Assembly (NCBI GenBank): GCA_035352635.1
Contig: DAOPYA010000004.1
Span: 3,733-67,732, forward strand
Direction: 5' to 3'
Length of the DNA: 64,000 nt
DNA from: Candidatus Rifleibacterium sp.
GTDB lineage: Bacteria > Muiribacteriota > Ozemobacteria > Ozemobacterales > Ozemobacteraceae
Shown here: piece after piece, positions 47,729 to 56,281 of the stretch
Layout of the letters: each line of letters opens with the position of its first letter
Numbering within the stretch: the stretch's first letter is position 1
Translations under genes and position numbers: made by a program
The notes under the pieces: model-generated
Seen by the model: the letters and a program-made list of their open reading frames with translations, nothing else
Told to the model about the DNA's origin: nothing
Database searches by the model: none

Positions 47729-48973
47729 ATGTTAAAAAGTAACCGCTGTTTTCTTCTAGGTGTAATAACCGCATCTTTTCTGCTGACCATATTTGCCGGC
47801 AACCACCTCTTTCAGATGGTAATTGCCGGTGATAACGGCAGTCTTCCAAGAGAATTGCGCCTGGGCGCTGAACTTGGGTTGATCGGCCAGACCCAGTTAA
47901 CCAGAGCGCGACTCAACCGTTCTGTCAGCCAGCTGGACTTTGGCGAAAAACTGTCAATGTCATTAGAACTGCTTGGTTTCGAGCACACCGGCATTAAAAA
48001 TCTTATCAGCCATGGTTTGCTGCCGGCCAGAGGCCTGCAAAATCAGATGACTCGCAAAGATGCGCTTGAAACCCTGGCAAGAACCTGCGCCGCGCTCAAA
48101 GACGCTGGCCTGATAAATCTGGCAGACAACGATGCCCGCAATTACAGCGATTACCGCATTCCCGAAAAATATCGCCACGCCGTGACTTATCTGCAGAAAA
48201 AATACGTGGTTCGAGGTTTTCCAGATGGCTCAATGGGCAGCAGTCGAAAGCTTTCGCTGCGCGAAGCAGTATTCTTCGTCTACAGGTTTTATGAAGCAGT
48301 GGCCGCCGATCTTATGGGCAGCCGTGAGAATCAGGGAATCAGCTTCGTCGATATGCCGCTGAGCCACCCGGTAATGGGCGCTGTAAAGAATCTCACCGCC
48401 GCCGGCGCCTTCGATAAAATCATTCTTCGACCAAGCTTTGATGGTGAATCGTTCATAACCGTCACCGATTTGACCGAAATTCTCAACGGAATTTTCGCCA
48501 AAGCCGGCAAAGAAAGCGACCAGATCCGACTGAAAACAATCTTTGCAGATACTAATGCTTCATCCTTTGGCCAGCGCCGCCAACTCGCACTGGTTCTTGA
48601 ATACCTTCTCGATACCTTTGCCAAAGACCGTTTGAATGCCAGCAAGATCAATTATAAGGATGTCAGCATTGAACAGCCCGAATTCGAATCTCTGGTAAAA
48701 CTCGCTGGCTGCGGTCTTACCATGGGTTACGGTGACGGCAGATTTGCCGGAACTGAAAGCCTGACATGGTTTGAGACCGTCAACCTTCTTGATGCAGTAA
48801 TCAAATATTCAGCCATCGTCGCCGAACCCCCAACCAGAAAAAATCGCCTCGCGGTTAAGTCTGACATTGAAAACCTCAAAACCCTCTTGCGTGCCAAACG
48901 CGAAAAAATAAGACAGATTCTTCGGGTCGAAAAGTCTGCCGCAAGCACTGAAGAAAAAACTGCCGGGCAGTAG
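47729..48973 (+). CDS. Secreted protein with S-layer-homology (SLH)-like repeats
   Basis: Signal/TM N-terminus. Segments VVRGFPDGSMGSSRKLSLREAVFFVYRFY and TMGYGDGRFAGTESLTWFETVNLLDAV resemble the SLH consensus (G.PDG.F.P...iTRaE.a). Confidence 0.4.
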   Translation: MLKSNRCFLLGVITASFLLTIFAGNHLFQMVIAGDNGSLPRELRLGAELGLIGQTQLTRARLNRSVSQLDFGEKLSMSLELLGFEHTGIKNLISHGLLPARGLQNQMTRKDALETLARTCAALKDAGLINLADNDARNYSDYRIPEKYRHAVTYLQKKYVVRGFPDGSMGSSRKLSLREAVFFVYRFYEAVAADLMGSRENQGISFVDMPLSHPVMGAVKNLTAAGAFDKIILRPSFDGESFITVTDLTEILNGIFAKAGKESDQIRLKTIFADTNASSFGQRRQLALVLEYLLDTFAKDRLNASKINYKDVSIEQPEFESLVKLAGCGLTMGYGDGRFAGTESLTWFETVNLLDAVIKYSAIVAEPPTRKNRLAVKSDIENLKTLLRAKREKIRQILRVEKSAASTEEKTAGQ

Positions 48974-48990
48974 GTATTGCACGGCAACTC

Positions 48991-49638
48991 TCAAATCTGG
49001 CTGAAAATGAGCCTTTCATTGGTCATGCAACTAATGACCAGCTCTCGGCGGCAGGCCAGCGAAATTGATTCAGCAACATACTTAGCCTCTGAAGGGTTTA
49101 TTGAGGCAAATAATTTCTCAACCACGAATCCGTGGCTTTGCCTGACATAAACCTTAACCACCCAGAGACTGGTGCTCTTGGCAAACAAGCACTCTGAATC
49201 ACGTGTCAGTTCAACGTTAGTTATGTCATCAAAATGGTAAACGGTGATTCTGGCCCCAAGAAAACTGGTTTCATCAAGTCGAATCACCTTTTGCATGCGA
49301 TCAAGCGATACCGATTTGCCATAAGTCACCAGAATCAACCCGGCCAGCAAAAACCCGCCGGCGACCATCAGGCAGAACAGGCAAAAGGCAAAAAGGGTAA
49401 AAAACAGTTTGCCCGCCAGGAGTTTATAGAGAATACTGCTGCCAGCAATGATGAACCCAATGCCCAGCACCGAACAGGCGCGGGTGGTTCTGAAGGTAAC
49501 TATGTCCTGATCAAGGTCGCGAACATTCATCACCTTAAAACTGCTCAATAATCCCATCTCTTGAATTCCCTGAACGACATAATTGGTAGTTTTTTTTAGG
49601 ATGTTGCCGATAATAGCAAATGTAGCGGGCATGGTCAA
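48991..49638 (-). CDS. Hypothetical membrane protein (215 aa)
   Basis: Two central TM helices (ILYKLLAGKLFFTLFAFCLFCLMVAGGFLLAGLILV) with soluble flanks. No motif recognised. Confidence 0.45.
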   Translation of the reverse strand: MTMPATFAIIGNILKKTTNYVVQGIQEMGLLSSFKVMNVRDLDQDIVTFRTTRACSVLGIGFIIAGSSILYKLLAGKLFFTLFAFCLFCLMVAGGFLLAGLILVTYGKSVSLDRMQKVIRLDETSFLGARITVYHFDDITNVELTRDSECLFAKSTSLWVVKVYVRQSHGFVVEKLFASINPSEAKYVAESISLACRRELVISCMTNERLIFSQI

Positions 49639-49861
49639 CGAATATTAACGCGCAAATTGGCGTACACCGCGGATTTAAGAGCCATGCCCCGTTGGCGGCG
49701 AAAAATTTTCCGACTGTACATCAAGATCGGGCCGCGTCGCATGTTAAGAAACGAAAATTTTCGTAAATTTTTGTAAAAATCAATGGCAGGCGAGAACCGG
49801 GCGCCCGGGGTACAGGCCTAAAACAAGCGCTCGACGCTCATCGCGCACTAACAAGTCGCCA

Positions 49862-50356
49862 TCAGACTGTACCTCGCAAAAACTCAATCAGATCCTGCTC
49901 GTCAAGCACCTTAAAACCATTGTCAAGCAGCAGACGGGCCGTAACCCCGGAGCCAACAATAAGTTTGCCCGAAAAAGTGCCGTCATAAACCGATTTTAGG
50001 CCACACGAAGGGCTGCGAGTTTTCAGAACCACCAGCTCAACGGCAAAAAGTCTGGCCAGACGCAAGACTTCGCCTGCGCCCCTGATAAAACAATCAGTCA
50101 CATCGCGGCCGTCTTTGGCCAGCACCCGCCCCCGGCCGGCCAGAACTTCTTTGGCCGACGACACAAGCTCTGATGGAATGCGCGGTGTCGGCATGCCGCC
50201 GAGTTGTTCTGGGCACACTGGCACCAGTTCAAAATCTTGCTGTAATAACAACGGCCCCTGCAGAAAATCTGCTGAGGCCGTTGCTTTATAACTACACTGT
50301 ATACCTAGAAGACAGGCGCTGATCATCAGGCGCCGTGGTTTCTCGGAACGGTTCAC
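49862..50356 (-). CDS. DUF523-family protein (TudS-like Cys-rich small protein)
   Basis: CLLGIQCSYKA and VCPEQLGGMPTPR motifs are characteristic of DUF523. 164 aa. It overlaps the platform gene by 4 nt. Confidence 0.5.
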   Translation of the reverse strand: MNRSEKPRRLMISACLLGIQCSYKATASADFLQGPLLLQQDFELVPVCPEQLGGMPTPRIPSELVSSAKEVLAGRGRVLAKDGRDVTDCFIRGAGEVLRLARLFAVELVVLKTRSPSCGLKSVYDGTFSGKLIVGSGVTARLLLDNGFKVLDEQDLIEFLRGTV

Positions 50357-52086
50357 TGGTTGTCGAGAGGAACAACCGGCAAAGGCGCCGAAGTCGAAGC
50401 AATAGTCTGAACCGGAGACTCACCAGTCTTTATAATCTGCAGAGGCTGCTGGCCGGTTGTCTTGCCGGCAGGAGCAACCAGCAGCGATGCGCCGGCTGGT
50501 TTGCCCGCTGGCTTTTTACCAAGCATACCTTCCTGGAGGTTCGCGTTGCCCGGCCGAACTTCTTTCGAAGCCGAAATTTTGGGCATATTTTCGCTGACCT
50601 GCAGAATCGCCGGCCCAATAAGAATGACTGAAATACTTGGGAAAATAAAGAAAACCAACGGAATCAGAAGCTTAACCGGAAGCTTGTTAACCCGTTCTTC
50701 GGCTAGAATCATTCGCTGATAACGCATCTGCTCAGCCTGGGCACGCAAAGTCGGCCCAATTTCGGCGCCAAGGCGCTGTGCCTGAATCAACGAACTTACA
50801 AACGAGAAAAAAGACAGCACCCTGACCCGTTCAGCCATATCGGCAAGCGCCTCTTCAAGGCTTTTGCCAACCTTGGTGTCAGCGATGAACATCTTGAATT
50901 CAACCACGATATCAGTATTTCTTGACTTCTCAACAACCTTGGCGATGCCACCGGTGAGATCAAGGCCTGATTCGATGGCAAGAGAAAGCAGATCGATAAC
51001 ATAGGGCAGTTCAAACTCAATGTTTTTCTGGCGCTTTTTGATCAGGTGAGCCAGATAGATTCTCGGCAGACGATAGCCGATCGGAATCATCATTATCAGT
51101 GCAATCCAGCCAACAATTCCGATAAAAATCGGGTTGACAAACAGGGCAACCAGCACTGCAAAAAACAAAGCTGACAGCTGCATAATCGCCATATATTCTT
51201 CGGGCGTGAACTCAATCGCCTTGTTAGAAGCTTCAAGCAGGAATTTAACCTCGCTTTTCTGCTTCGCCAGCCAACCGGAGGGCAGAATCTGGTCAAAGGC
51301 CACTACCGGTTTAAGCAGAACGCGCAGCAACTGCCAGCGCTCGCGAGCCTTGGCCCGGGCTTCATTCTTCATGATTACGGCTTCTTCTGCATCTGGAAGA
51401 ATAGAAGTGGTCATACGGTTGATAATCATCATCCCGATAAGGGACATCGAAATCGTTGCAATCAGAACGATCTGACCATAAGGATTTTCGAGCATCGGCA
51501 ACAGGTATTTCGGATCAAAGATGATTACAACTGCTGAAAGAAAAATTGGAATAGAGCCAACAAGATTGCCCGACAACCTTGCATGAGCGGTTCCGGCAAC
51601 TACCTTGCCCATGATCTTCTTGCGTTCGGCAACCGTCAGAACGATCTGGCGATAAAGATCTTCGAGGTTACCACCGGTTTCCTGCTGAAAAATAGTAGCA
51701 TTGACAGCAAGGCGGAGATCCTGGCTCGGCACCCGGCTGACCAGGTTGCTGAGCGCTTCAACCATCGGAACACCAAGTCTGCGTTCTTGAACCAGGGTTC
51801 TAAATTCGTTACAGATCGGCGGCGGTGTCGAAACAGCGACCAGTTCAAATGCCTGGTCAAGGTTTCGACCGGCTTTCAAGCTTGAACTGATCATCAACAA
51901 TACTTCGATGAGCTGATCTTCAAGGCTGGCGCCGGTTATGCTTTGCAGATACTTTGAACGCCCACCGGGGGTGTCTTTGCCCTTGTTTGGATCAATACTT
52001 AGATCCATTTGTTCTTCGAGGAAAAAGTAAACCCCGATTATTACCCCCAGAACTGCCAATATCTTGATTGCGGGAATTATCATCAT
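50353..52086 (-). CDS. Fused TadB-TadC-like (double GspF-domain) pilus/secretion platform protein
   Basis: 577 aa with two T2SS-F-type domains, each with about 3 TM helices and the cytoplasmic helical repeat. It lies immediately downstream of the CpaF-like ATPase gene. Confidence 0.7.
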   Translation of the reverse strand: MMIIPAIKILAVLGVIIGVYFFLEEQMDLSIDPNKGKDTPGGRSKYLQSITGASLEDQLIEVLLMISSSLKAGRNLDQAFELVAVSTPPPICNEFRTLVQERRLGVPMVEALSNLVSRVPSQDLRLAVNATIFQQETGGNLEDLYRQIVLTVAERKKIMGKVVAGTAHARLSGNLVGSIPIFLSAVVIIFDPKYLLPMLENPYGQIVLIATISMSLIGMMIINRMTTSILPDAEEAVIMKNEARAKARERWQLLRVLLKPVVAFDQILPSGWLAKQKSEVKFLLEASNKAIEFTPEEYMAIMQLSALFFAVLVALFVNPIFIGIVGWIALIMMIPIGYRLPRIYLAHLIKKRQKNIEFELPYVIDLLSLAIESGLDLTGGIAKVVEKSRNTDIVVEFKMFIADTKVGKSLEEALADMAERVRVLSFFSFVSSLIQAQRLGAEIGPTLRAQAEQMRYQRMILAEERVNKLPVKLLIPLVFFIFPSISVILIGPAILQVSENMPKISASKEVRPGNANLQEGMLGKKPAGKPAGASLLVAPAGKTTGQQPLQIIKTGESPVQTIASTSAPLPVVPLDNQ

Positions 52087-52089
52087 GAC

Positions 52090-54213
52090 TTATCTTTCCT
52101 CCTCAGCTTTTGAGACCGCCAGTGTTTCCTTGAACAGGTGGGCGTTCTCTTCGAGAAAAGCCCCGGGTACTGCCTTCATAAAGTTTGGTAATACACCTGT
52201 GGGTACAATTTCTCCCACAACTTTACCCGCAGCGTCAATCCATTTTTTTTCAAACTTGAAAATTGTCTGCGTCTGAATGATATTTTCTTCCAGACCGCAA
52301 ATCTCAACTACTTCGAGCAAGCGACGACGACCATCGGCCAGACGACCGTTCTGCACCACGATATTAACCGAACTGGCGATCTGTTCGCGAATTGCCCGCA
52401 ACGGCAGATCTACACCCGCCATCAGCACCATGGTTTCGAGCCTGGCCAGAGCATCTCTTGGCGAATTGGCATGCAACGTGGTGAGAGAACCGTCATGACC
52501 GGTATTCATTGCCTGAAGCATATCTACAGCCTCTGCACCACGGCACTCACCGACAATAATACGATCTGGTCGCATTCTCAAAGCATTTCTCACCAGATCT
52601 CTTATGGTTATCTGGGTTTTCGCTTCGGTGCCCTGCTGGCGGGCCTCAAGACGCCCAAGGTTAAGCTGGGTAAGGCGCAATTCTGCTGAATCTTCGATAC
52701 AGATAACCCGTTCAGTAGGCAGAATATAGTTTGAAAGAACATTAAGCAAGGTGGTTTTTCCGGAACTGGCACCGCCGGAAACGACAATATTCTTTTTGAA
52801 ATGCACGCAAAGCCTGAGAAATTCTGCCACCGACGGCGTGATGCTTTTAAAGCGGTAAACCAGGTCTTCCATGGTTAACGGGATTTTAGAAAATTTGCGA
52901 ATAGTGATCATCGGCCCGGTCAAAGAAAGAGGCGGAATAATGGCATGCACGCGTGAACCATCAAGCAAACGGGCATCGACATAGGGGGTACGCTCGTTAA
53001 CCGTTCGCCCGGCCGGCATGAGAATCCTCTCGATAACGGTTTTAACGTGGTCAGCATTATTGAAACGTCTGTCGGTCAAAATCAGCCGGCCACCCTTTTC
53101 AACGAATATTCGGTCTGGGCCGTTAACCATAATCTCATCGATTTCGGCGTCGCGCATAAAGTCTTCAAGAGGACCAAGCCCGAGAATTTCATCGACAAGG
53201 TATTTTCTGATTTCAGAAACGGCGTTGTGCCCGGGTATGGCTGGCGGAGAACTGCGCCGCATTGCCTCGTCAATCTTGACTTCAACAACTTCACGCAACT
53301 CATGGTCCGAGATCCCAAAGCGTTTTTCAAGGTCGCCAACGATTTCCTGGCGTACCTTGCGCGAGTATTCGACAATATCTTCGGAAATGGTTTCGATTCT
53401 TTCTTCTTCGCTGCCCGGGTTGAAGCCAAGGGCCGGCCTGGCCATCAGCTTTTCGATCAGCTCAGTCAGACTGCTTTGCACTGGCTGGCTCAACCCTGAA
53501 TCAGAAACATCTTCGCTGAGCGGAAACGTCTGTTCAGGATCATAGAGAACACTCTCGACCGCCCCTTCTTCAACATGGTTTCTCACCCAGAGAAGTTTTT
53601 GCCGAAGGCCGTCATGGGCACAGACCTCGTCAAAGAACTTCTGGGCAAAAGACGGTGATGGCGGCTGCGACGAATAGACATACATAAGAACATCGGCACG
53701 AAAAAGCAGATGAAACGGCAGGGGCGACAGCTGAAACATTCCGTCAATGACAACGTAGCCTTGTAATTCTTCAAAAATCTTCAGCAGATGATTCAAAGAA
53801 TCGACCATATCATCTTCGCTTAGATGAAATCGAGGTTTAAGGGTTTCTTTTGGTCTGATGCCACAGAAAGGAATGTAATAAACACCATTGTGGCATGAAA
53901 AATATTTATTGAGCGTCTGGGCATTCAGTGCCGCCCAGTTGCCCATGTAGTATTCGAGGAGACTATTTTTGATGACAAACCCGTCAGAGAAGCTTTCAAC
54001 AATGCTTGAAGGCTTGAGAAAATTCAACTCAAGGTAGGCAACCGGCCGGCCGGTTTTTTTTTGCAGCTCACTGGCAAGGCCTGCAGCCACGAATGATTTT
54101 CCTATACCACCTTGAAAACTTGTAACCAAAAAAACGCGTGCTGTTTTTTGTTCTGTTTTCATTGCCCCTCTTTTCTTTGCCCAATTCAACCACAAATGCA
54201 TTTGAACTGTCAA
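52090..54213 (-). CDS. Tad/type II secretion family ATPase (CpaF/TadA-like) fused to an N-terminal MinD/CpaE-like domain
   Basis: C-terminal part: Walker A GGASSGKTTLLNVL, Asp box ICIEDSAEL, Walker B RPDRIIVGECRG, His box TTLHANS. N-terminal 230 aa align to MinD: ARVFLVTSFQGGIGKSFVAAGLA; YYIPFCGIRPKE; YVVIDGMF...ADVLMYVYS. The P-loop is deviant (Lys to Gln). Confidence 0.8.
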   Translation of the reverse strand: MTVQMHLWLNWAKKRGAMKTEQKTARVFLVTSFQGGIGKSFVAAGLASELQKKTGRPVAYLELNFLKPSSIVESFSDGFVIKNSLLEYYMGNWAALNAQTLNKYFSCHNGVYYIPFCGIRPKETLKPRFHLSEDDMVDSLNHLLKIFEELQGYVVIDGMFQLSPLPFHLLFRADVLMYVYSSQPPSPSFAQKFFDEVCAHDGLRQKLLWVRNHVEEGAVESVLYDPEQTFPLSEDVSDSGLSQPVQSSLTELIEKLMARPALGFNPGSEEERIETISEDIVEYSRKVRQEIVGDLEKRFGISDHELREVVEVKIDEAMRRSSPPAIPGHNAVSEIRKYLVDEILGLGPLEDFMRDAEIDEIMVNGPDRIFVEKGGRLILTDRRFNNADHVKTVIERILMPAGRTVNERTPYVDARLLDGSRVHAIIPPLSLTGPMITIRKFSKIPLTMEDLVYRFKSITPSVAEFLRLCVHFKKNIVVSGGASSGKTTLLNVLSNYILPTERVICIEDSAELRLTQLNLGRLEARQQGTEAKTQITIRDLVRNALRMRPDRIIVGECRGAEAVDMLQAMNTGHDGSLTTLHANSPRDALARLETMVLMAGVDLPLRAIREQIASSVNIVVQNGRLADGRRRLLEVVEICGLEENIIQTQTIFKFEKKWIDAAGKVVGEIVPTGVLPNFMKAVPGAFLEENAHLFKETLAVSKAEEER

Positions 54214-55136
54214 TCTGTTACAATTATGGCGAATTTATGTTATCAAGGAAAATCATGGAACCTTTTGCAATAAATGTCTGTGAATTAAAAAAACTCTATG
54301 GCACCCAGGAAGTAGTTAAATCAATCTCCTTCGCAGTCAACAAGGGTGAAGTTTTTGGTTTTCTCGGCCCGAACGGCGCCGGCAAAACCACCAGCATCCG
54401 TATGATCATCGGCGAAATACCAGCCTCAGCTGGAAAAATCGAAGTGCTCGGCAGAGCTGTACCAGCAGAACTGCCCGAAATCAAAAAACTCACAGGTATA
54501 GTACCAGACTACCAGAATCTTTACGACCGTTTGACGGTCAGACAAAACCTTGAATTCTTTGCAGCGCTTAACAATGTAACCCCTGACCAGATAGATATTG
54601 TTCTTGAAGAAGTTTTTCTTGCAGAACACCAGGGCAAAGCCTGCAAAGATCTGAGCCGGGGCCTGCGACAAAGGGCTCTCATTGCCCGCGGCCTGCTGCA
54701 CCGGCCCGAAGTTTTTTTTCTCGACGAACCCACCTCAGCCCTGGACCCTCACTCGGCCAAACTGATCAGAGAACTGGTTCTCAAGCTCAAATGCGCTGGC
54801 ACCACAGTATTTCTGACAACCCACTACATGGAAGAAGCCGATATGCTTTGTGACCGAATCGCAATCATGAACCGCGGCACCATTGTTGCCTGCGGCAGCC
54901 CCGAAAACCTGAAGAAGCAGTTCGGCCGCCGCTCAGCCCGGGTCGAAATACTGCGTGACAACAAACCCGAAACCCATGAATTTTCAATAGATGACCCCAG
55001 CCAAAAGGCCGAAATGGCATCTATGCTGAATTCTTCAACCATCCTGAGAATCCACACCCAGGAAGCCAAGCTCGAAGAAGTATTCATGCACGTGACTGGT
55101 GACGAATGGAAACCTGAAAGCGAGGATGCCAGATGA
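54138..55136 (+). CDS. ABC transporter ATP-binding protein
   Basis: Walker A GPNGAGKTT, signature LSRGLRQR, Walker B FFLDEPTSALD. The more likely start is the ATG at about 54255 (MEPFAINV). The track start is an upstream GTG that overlaps the divergent gene. Confidence 0.85.
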   Translation: MLFFVLFSLPLFSLPNSTTNAFELSICYNYGEFMLSRKIMEPFAINVCELKKLYGTQEVVKSISFAVNKGEVFGFLGPNGAGKTTSIRMIIGEIPASAGKIEVLGRAVPAELPEIKKLTGIVPDYQNLYDRLTVRQNLEFFAALNNVTPDQIDIVLEEVFLAEHQGKACKDLSRGLRQRALIARGLLHRPEVFFLDEPTSALDPHSAKLIRELVLKLKCAGTTVFLTTHYMEEADMLCDRIAIMNRGTIVACGSPENLKKQFGRRSARVEILRDNKPETHEFSIDDPSQKAEMASMLNSSTILRIHTQEAKLEEVFMHVTGDEWKPESEDAR

Positions 55137-56215
55137 ATATCCCCGCGATTCGCGCCATTTTTCGCAAAGACCTGCTCGACGGCGTAAGAAATTATCACGT
55201 CATCCTCATGGTGCTCACACCGATCATCCTGTCCCTGCTCTTCAGCAACATGGTTTCAGACAGCAAATCCGCAGCGGCTATGCCCGAGATCGGCATGATT
55301 ACCAGCCCACAACAGCCGATGATTGAAAGACTTACCAGTAAAGGCCTTGGCAAAAAAATCACCTTTTTCCAGAATCGCGACCAGCTCGAAACGGCAATCC
55401 TGCAAGGTGACGTGCGCTTCGGCATCATTCTGCCAGAATTAATTACTACCAAAACTACTTTTAAGAAATCCCAGTCAGTCGTCATTCTCTACCCGCCGCA
55501 CATGCCAGAATTCGGCATCGATACCCTAAAAAGCGTATTCGAAGCAGAGATAAGACACCAGCTGAATCTTGAACCCCCTGCCCTGCCCTTCGAACTCAAA
55601 GCCGAAGCAGTAGCCGGCGCGACCGGAAACGCCACCAATGTCTCTGACAGCATGTTTCCAATGCTGATTGTTATGGCCCTGGGCATGGTAGGATTTCTGG
55701 CACTGCCGATGGCAATCGTTGAAGAGCGCGAAAAAGGCACTCTGAACGCGATTTTTCTCACATCAATAACTCCGGGCGAGTTCATTCTCGGCAAATCCCT
55801 GTTCAGTTTTTTTCTGGCGATGCTGACTATAATTGTAATGCTGACCATCAATGGCAAATGGGGAAACAACTACCATTACCTGCTGCTGATTTCGGTGCTT
55901 GGCGCCATGATGACAATCTTCACCGGCCTGATCATCGCCAATTTTGCCCAGACTCAGGGTTCAGTCAACGCCATCGGCACAACCCTGTTTCTTTTCTTTC
56001 AGATGATCCCGAGCCTTGAACATACCAGCGAAATGGCAAGAAGGGTCGCGCCATTTTTCCCTTCAACCTATATTTTTGCAGGTCTGCGTAAAGCCATGTT
56101 TCTTGACCTAACGAGAGTCAGTATTCGTGACGATATAAACATAGTATTGGCAATTACCATGACCGTTTATCTGGCTGCCTGGATGGTTTACAAGCTCAAA
56201 AAAGCTGATAAATAA
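55133..56215 (+). CDS. ABC-2 type transporter permease
   Basis: 360 aa with one N-terminal TM, a large extracytoplasmic loop and 5 C-terminal TM helices. Its start overlaps the ATPase stop (ATGA). Confidence 0.6.
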   Translation: MNIPAIRAIFRKDLLDGVRNYHVILMVLTPIILSLLFSNMVSDSKSAAAMPEIGMITSPQQPMIERLTSKGLGKKITFFQNRDQLETAILQGDVRFGIILPELITTKTTFKKSQSVVILYPPHMPEFGIDTLKSVFEAEIRHQLNLEPPALPFELKAEAVAGATGNATNVSDSMFPMLIVMALGMVGFLALPMAIVEEREKGTLNAIFLTSITPGEFILGKSLFSFFLAMLTIIVMLTINGKWGNNYHYLLLISVLGAMMTIFTGLIIANFAQTQGSVNAIGTTLFLFFQMIPSLEHTSEMARRVAPFFPSTYIFAGLRKAMFLDLTRVSIRDDINIVLAITMTVYLAAWMVYKLKKADK

Positions 56216-56281
56216 TACTTGCCTGAACAGGGCGGTTAAAGTAATCTCAAAAATAACCTTCAAAAAAAGCGGTAAGATCAA

